Source: an uncultured delta proteobacterium
GTDB taxonomy: Bacteria > Myxococcota > Myxococcia > Myxococcales > Myxococcaceae
Assembly (NCBI GenBank): GCA_963796055.1
Contig: CAWCKH010000004.1
Span: forward strand, 2,240,001-2,304,000
Direction of reading: 5' to 3'
DNA length: 64,000 nucleotides
Part shown: piece by piece, positions 58,892 to 64,000 of the stretch
How the letters are laid out: each line of letters starts with the position of its first letter
How positions within the stretch are numbered: the stretch's first letter is position 1
The notes under the pieces: generated by a model
Databases searched by the model: none
Seen by the model: only the letters and a program-made list of their open reading frames with translations
Told to the model about the DNA's origin: nothing
Made by a program: the position numbers and the translations under genes

Positions 58892-61800
58892 ATGCGTTGG
58901 AGCGGCGCCAGCCGCCGGCGACGGCTCCTGGGCGTGGGTCTGCTGCTCGCGCTGGTGGCCGGCGGGCTCACCTTCCTCCTGGTGGGCCGCTCACGCTTCG
59001 CCTGGGACAAGGCCTGCACCCTGGCCCGCCGGCAGCTCCCCGGGCTGCTCGGCGCGGACGTGGGGCTCGGGCGCTGCGAGGTGGACCCCGCCGGGCGCAC
59101 CGTCCGCATCTACGGTCTGTCCGCGGCCGCCCCGGACAACGAGCGCCCCATCTTCAGCGCCGACGAGGTGGAGGTCACAGTCGCCGGCGTCCAGCCGCTC
59201 TCGGGGCGACTGGAGCTGGAGCGGGTGCGCGTCATCCGGCCGCGCATCTGGCTCGACCTCTCGCGGCCCCGGTCGCCGACGCCGAAGGCCGAGGGATGCC
59301 CGCTCCGGACCCTGGAGCACGTGCTGGTGGACGCGCTCGAGGTGCGCGGCGCCGAGTTCCGGGTGGCGCTCCCGGCGGGGCGAAAGGTGGAAGTGGCCGG
59401 CGTGGAGCTCAGCTGGCGCACCCGCCGCCGCGATGCCGAGTTCACCCTCCGCACCTCGCAGGGTCTGCTGGACCTGGCGAACGGCCGCCCGCCGCTGGCG
59501 GTGGCCGGTCTGGCGGTGGAGGGCGCGCTCGGACCCGGAGGCCGCGAGCTCGAGGTGAGCCGGGGCGAGCTGTCCATCGACGATGCGCAGCTGTCGTTCG
59601 CCGGCAGGGTGGACGACCTCTGCCGCCCGGCACTGGCCGTGGACGCGCAGCTCTTCCTGCCCATGCGGATGCTGGCCCGGGTGGTGCCGCTCGGCGAGAC
59701 CTCCGGTCACCTGTGGGCGCAGGCCACGCTTTCCGGGCGGCTGCCCGACGTTCGCGTCACTGGCGAGCTGCTGGGCAAGGGCGTCGCCCTCGGTGGGCTC
59801 CGCCCGGGCGACTTCAGCGTCCGGGCGGCGCTGGCCGGGCAGGACGTCACCATCGGCGAGCTCACGGTGCCGGTGGGCCAGGGCTCGGTCCGCGCCAGCG
59901 GGGAGCTGCGGCTCGTCCCCGGAATGCCGCTGCGGGCGAAGGCCGAGCTGGACCAGGTGAGCCTGTTCCAGGTGTTCGAGCGGGTGGGGTTGTCGGGCGC
60001 CTGGGTGGACCTCCTCGCCACCGGCCCGGTCAACGTCCAGGGCAAGCTCGCCCCCGCGCCCGAGCTGCAGGGCCAGGCCGACCTCAAGGTGGCCCGGTTC
60101 GTCACCTGGGGCCATCCGGTGGACCGAAAGCTGCCCGGCCCGCCCATCCTCTCCATCCCCGCGGGCGAGGTGACGCTCGACCTGGGCATCCACCCCGACC
60201 GGGTGGAGCTCGGCAACGGCAAGGTGAAGGTGGGAGGCGCCCGCGCGCTGGCCAACGTGGTCATCCCCTATGGCGGCCGCGGGCCCATCACCATCGACAC
60301 CACCGCCGAGCCGCTGGTGCTGGAGGACGTGGGCAAGCTGGCCGACATCCCGATCGGCGGGGTGGGCGCGGCGCGGGTCTCGATCCGGATTCCTCCGCCG
60401 GGGTTGGTGCAGCTCGACGGCGAGCTGGCGCTTCAAGACTCGAGCTTCCGCGGCTTCGCCCTGGGCAACCTCTCCTCGGCCATCACGGTGCGCGACGGCG
60501 TCCTCTCCTTCCCCGAGGCCACGGGGATGAAGGGGCGCACCGCCTACCAGGGCCGCGCAGCGCTCGACTTCCGTGGGGACTCGCCCGACGTGCATGTGGC
60601 GGCGAACGTCCCCAACGGGCGGGTGGAGGACCTGGTCGAGCTGCTCGCGCCGGTCTCCCCGGCGCTGCAGCCCCTGCGCCGCATCCTGCTGGGGAGCGCC
60701 CGCGGCGCGGTGACGCTCGAGGGGCCTGCGGAGACGATGGAGGGGCGGTTCGACCTGGATCTGTCCGAGGTGAGCCTCTCGGGGCGACGCCTCGGGGACG
60801 GCGCGCTGCATGCCCGTCTCGACCGGGGGAACGCCATCGTCCTCGACTCGGTGGCCCTGCGGGGACCGCTGGGGACGTCGAAGGCAGACGGCCGCTGGGA
60901 CTTCGACGGCCCACTGCGGGCGAAGTTCCGGGTGGACGGGCTGCAGCTGGAGGAGCTGATGGGGACCGAGCTGGCAAGGCGGCTCCGGGCCCGGGGGACG
61001 CTCACCCTCGCCGGGACGGTGGGAGGCACCGACCAGGTGCCCGACGTGGCGCTGACCCTGGGCGGGCCGCAAATCTACCTCTCGGGCCGGGCGCTCGGCG
61101 CGATGGCGCTCGAGGCCCGCGCCGTCGGCGAGCAGCTGGAGCTCAAGGGCCGGCCGGTGGCCGACACGGACCTCTCGATGACCGCGCGGATCCACAGGCC
61201 CTACCCGTACGAGGCCACCCTGAAGCTCGCGCTGACCGACATCCGGGCGCTGCTCCCCGACACCGCCGCCGCGCAGGGGCTCAACGGCGCGGCGACCGGA
61301 GTGCTGACCGCGAGCGGCACGCTGTCCGAGCCCGAGACGTCCCGTGGCCTGCTCCACCTCGACAGCCTCAAGCTACAGCGGGGCGAGTTCCGCGCCGAGA
61401 GCGATGGGCCATGGGAGGTGCGGTTCCGGGGTGGACGGGTGAGCAGCGAGGGGCTCCGGCTCAAGGGGCCCGAGACCGAGCTCGTTGCCTCGGGGTACCT
61501 GGAGGAGTCGGGGATGGACGTCGCGGTCTCGGGCGCCGTCGACCTGCGACTGCTCGAGTCCTTCGTCCCTTCGCTGGAACGAGCCTCCGGGCGACTGGAG
61601 CTGCTCGGCACCGCACGCGGCGAGCCTGGCGACCCGCAGATCGTCGGCACCGCAACCCTGGTCGACGCCGGGTTCCGGGTCCGGGGCCAGCCGCTGGAGC
61701 TACGGGGGCTCAAGGGCAAGCTGGACTTCAGCGAGTCGCGCATCCTCTGGAGCGACCTCGAGGGGCAGGCCAACGACGGGCGGCTCGGCAGCCGCGGCGA

Positions 61801-62812
61801 CGTGCGCTGGCGGCGCTTCCGGCCCGAGCAGCTCGAGGTGGCGCTGCAGCTGGACCAGGTCTCGGTGCGGGTGGTGGAGGACGCGCCCTTCGCCGCCACT
61901 GGCGAGCTGACCCTGACCGGGCGCCCGGGCTCCTTCTTCCTCACCGGCGACCTGGACGTGCAGCGGCTCCGCTACCGCCGACCATTCGGGTTCGAGAATC
62001 TCCTGGCGCGGGGCAACCGCCCCGGCAGCCCCGGCGAGGCGCCCAGCGAGTGGCTCCAGCTCGACGTGGCTCTGCACCTCAAGGACGCGGCGGTGGAGAA
62101 CAACCTCGCCCGGGCGCGCATCGTCGGGGATTTGCGGCTCACCGGGAGCAACCTCCACCCCGGCCTCATCGGGGCGATGGAGGCGGGGCAGGGCAGCCAG
62201 GCCTTCTTCCGCGGGACGACGTTCAACGTCACCCAGGGCGCGGTGGACTTCAAGGACCGCCGGAGCCTGGAGGGCGTGTTCGACGTGCGCGCCGAATCGA
62301 CGGTGCGCGAGTACCTCATCCGGCTGCACGCCTTCGGGAAGACCAGCCAACCTCAAGTCTTGCTCTCCAGCGAGCCCAGCCTCCCCGAGGGAGACATCAT
62401 CTCCCTGCTCACCCTGGGGGTGACCTCGCGCGACCGGGCCAACAGCAACACCACCACCACCGGGGCGGGCATCGCCGCCGAGGCGCTGTACCAGGCCTCG
62501 GGGCTCGACCGGCAGGTGCAGAAGTTCCTCCCCAGCAACTCGGTCATCCGCGACCTGAGCTTCCACGTCTCCACCCTCTACAACGACGCCAACGGCCTGG
62601 TGGAGCCGACGGTGCAATTGGAGTCGAAGTTCCTCACCGACCAGCTTAAGCTCGGCCTCTCCCAGCCGGTGTCCGGAAAGGGGACGCGCGCCCTCGCCGA
62701 GTACCGGTTCGACGATCGCGTCTCCGCCCAGATCCAGTGGGACAACGTGTACAACGACGTTCCGATCGGGAACCTGGGGGTCGATCTCAAGCTCCGTTGG
62801 AACGTCGAGTAG
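58892..62812 (+). CDS. tamB: Translocation/assembly module TamB-like protein
   Basis: 1306 aa; N-terminal TM anchor, Gly-rich beta repeats and C-terminal LSSEPSLPEGDIISLL (DUF490-like). Lies upstream of an Omp85 gene. Confidence 0.85.
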   Translation: MRWSGASRRRRLLGVGLLLALVAGGLTFLLVGRSRFAWDKACTLARRQLPGLLGADVGLGRCEVDPAGRTVRIYGLSAAAPDNERPIFSADEVEVTVAGVQPLSGRLELERVRVIRPRIWLDLSRPRSPTPKAEGCPLRTLEHVLVDALEVRGAEFRVALPAGRKVEVAGVELSWRTRRRDAEFTLRTSQGLLDLANGRPPLAVAGLAVEGALGPGGRELEVSRGELSIDDAQLSFAGRVDDLCRPALAVDAQLFLPMRMLARVVPLGETSGHLWAQATLSGRLPDVRVTGELLGKGVALGGLRPGDFSVRAALAGQDVTIGELTVPVGQGSVRASGELRLVPGMPLRAKAELDQVSLFQVFERVGLSGAWVDLLATGPVNVQGKLAPAPELQGQADLKVARFVTWGHPVDRKLPGPPILSIPAGEVTLDLGIHPDRVELGNGKVKVGGARALANVVIPYGGRGPITIDTTAEPLVLEDVGKLADIPIGGVGAARVSIRIPPPGLVQLDGELALQDSSFRGFALGNLSSAITVRDGVLSFPEATGMKGRTAYQGRAALDFRGDSPDVHVAANVPNGRVEDLVELLAPVSPALQPLRRILLGSARGAVTLEGPAETMEGRFDLDLSEVSLSGRRLGDGALHARLDRGNAIVLDSVALRGPLGTSKADGRWDFDGPLRAKFRVDGLQLEELMGTELARRLRARGTLTLAGTVGGTDQVPDVALTLGGPQIYLSGRALGAMALEARAVGEQLELKGRPVADTDLSMTARIHRPYPYEATLKLALTDIRALLPDTAAAQGLNGAATGVLTASGTLSEPETSRGLLHLDSLKLQRGEFRAESDGPWEVRFRGGRVSSEGLRLKGPETELVASGYLEESGMDVAVSGAVDLRLLESFVPSLERASGRLELLGTARGEPGDPQIVGTATLVDAGFRVRGQPLELRGLKGKLDFSESRILWSDLEGQANDGRLGSRGDVRWRRFRPEQLEVALQLDQVSVRVVEDAPFAATGELTLTGRPGSFFLTGDLDVQRLRYRRPFGFENLLARGNRPGSPGEAPSEWLQLDVALHLKDAAVENNLARARIVGDLRLTGSNLHPGLIGAMEAGQGSQAFFRGTTFNVTQGAVDFKDRRSLEGVFDVRAESTVREYLIRLHAFGKTSQPQVLLSSEPSLPEGDIISLLTLGVTSRDRANSNTTTTGAGIAAEALYQASGLDRQVQKFLPSNSVIRDLSFHVSTLYNDANGLVEPTVQLESKFLTDQLKLGLSQPVSGKGTRALAEYRFDDRVSAQIQWDNVYNDVPIGNLGVDLKLRWNVE

Positions 62813-64000
62813 CCCTGGGGGTCGTGCTGCTCCTGGCCGCGGCGCCGGTGTGGGCGCAGGGGCCGTCCGGCTCGGCCGAGGGCCGCCCCGTCGCCTCGGT
62901 GCGGCTGGTGATGCGGGGCGGCGGCAAGGTCCCGCCGGACCTCCGGGGTCTGGTGGCGGTGACCCCGGGAGCGCCCCTCTCCGGCCGCGCGGTGCGGCGG
63001 AGCATCGAGCGCCTCTTCTCCACCGGGCGCTTCTCGGACGTGGTGGCCCGGGGCGACGAGGGGCCGGACGGCCTGGTGGTGACCTTCGAGCTGGCGCCGG
63101 TGGTGCGCATTGCGCGGATCGACGTGACCGGAGCGAAGGCGCTGGGGCGGGACGAGGTGCTCGCCGCGGCCCGGCTCCAGGCCGGCACCGAGTTCTGGCC
63201 CGAACGGCTGGACGAGGCGCGGACCGGTCTGCTCGCCGCCTACGCCCGGCGCGGCTGGAACCAGTGCCAGATCTCCGCCACTGCGCAGCCGTCCGGCGAC
63301 GAGGTCGTGGTCCAGCTGGAGATCCACGAGGGGGAGCCCACCCGGGTGAGCGCGCTGCATTTCGACGGCCAGCCCGGGCTTTCCCCCACGCGGCTCGCCT
63401 CGGCCTTCGGCCTGCGGGTGGGCGACATCCTCGACCGGACCCGCCTGGACCCCGGCGCCGAGGCGCTGCGCGCGCTGTACCGCGAGACCGGCCACGCCCG
63501 GGCCCGGGTGGGCGCGCCGCGGGTGACCCTGGAGGGCACCGGCGCGGTGGTGACCGTCCCGGTGGACGCTGGCCCGGCGTTCACCCTCCGCTTCGAGGGG
63601 AACCGACGCTACCCGTCCGCCTGGCTCCGCTCCGCTCTGGCGATCGATCCCGCCGAGACGCTGGACCGCTCGGTGCTGGAACGCGAGGCGCGGCGGCTGG
63701 AGGCCTTCTACCGCTACCGCGGGTTCCGCGAGGTGCGGGTGGAGCCGCGCGAGGTGACGAGCCCCGACGGCAGCCGGGCGGTGGTGGTGTTCCACGTCTC
63801 CGAGGGACGACAGGTCAGGGTGCGCACGGTCGAGTTCCGGGGCCGGGCCGACCTCCCCGAGGCGGAGCTCCGCACGGTGCTGGAGCGCGTGGTGCGCGAT
63901 CGAACCCCCGAGCCGAGCGACCAGCGCCTCGAGTCCGACCCGCTGCACCTGGACGGGCGGGTGGCCGCCAGCGAGCGTCCCGACGCCCCGGACCCGCCGC
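62797..64000 (+). CDS. Omp85-family (TamA/BamA-like) POTRA protein, 5' part only
   Basis: Manual translation from TTG: MERRVALGVVLLLAAAPVWAQ signal peptide, then POTRA motifs (RRSIERLFSTGRFSDV, FEGNRRY, FYRYRGF). Open to the window end. Confidence 0.85.
   Translation, partial: MERRVALGVVLLLAAAPVWAQGPSGSAEGRPVASVRLVMRGGGKVPPDLRGLVAVTPGAPLSGRAVRRSIERLFSTGRFSDVVARGDEGPDGLVVTFELAPVVRIARIDVTGAKALGRDEVLAAARLQAGTEFWPERLDEARTGLLAAYARRGWNQCQISATAQPSGDEVVVQLEIHEGEPTRVSALHFDGQPGLSPTRLASAFGLRVGDILDRTRLDPGAEALRALYRETGHARARVGAPRVTLEGTGAVVTVPVDAGPAFTLRFEGNRRYPSAWLRSALAIDPAETLDRSVLEREARRLEAFYRYRGFREVRVEPREVTSPDGSRAVVVFHVSEGRQVRVRTVEFRGRADLPEAELRTVLERVVRDRTPEPSDQRLESDPLHLDGRVAASERPDAPDPP

Overview
A very GC-rich chromosomal segment, most likely from a myxobacterium. 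As I recall the Myxococcus xanthus genome, the gene order matches its MXAN_5808-peptidase / alaS / pil / mglC / efp-accBC / sgmX / tamB region. The left part holds partial ruvX, an unannotated repeat protein with a TPR partner, a TPR lipoprotein, an ArsA/Get3-like ATPase pair with phasin-like, ParA and PhaR-like neighbours, a zinc-ribbon protein, tatA, GDPD, an S41 peptidase, gshA, a giant degenerate Hsp70-like protein with a 21-bp tandem array, alaS, trmB and ribF. The centre is a complete type IVa pilus cluster (pilB T C S R A A2 G H I [algI algJ] D S2 R2 XRE M N O P Q). The right part holds mglC, efp, accB, accC, sgmX, an ExeA-like ATPase, tamB and a partial Omp85 gene. Many genes between about 29 and 54 kb are broken by single-base indels, including the normally essential accC, which points to assembly error. 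The most unusual items are: (1) an orphan protein with HrpF/NolX-like repeats and a needle-like C-terminus, coupled to a SycD-like TPR chaperone; (2) an AlgI/AlgJ O-acyltransferase pair inserted into the pil operon near a duplicated major pilin; (3) a protein that seems to carry tandem Hfq/Sm-like domains; (4) a putative lipid/PHA-granule module. I saw no RNA genes, CRISPR arrays or mobile elements. All family calls come from motif recognition by eye, not database searches.
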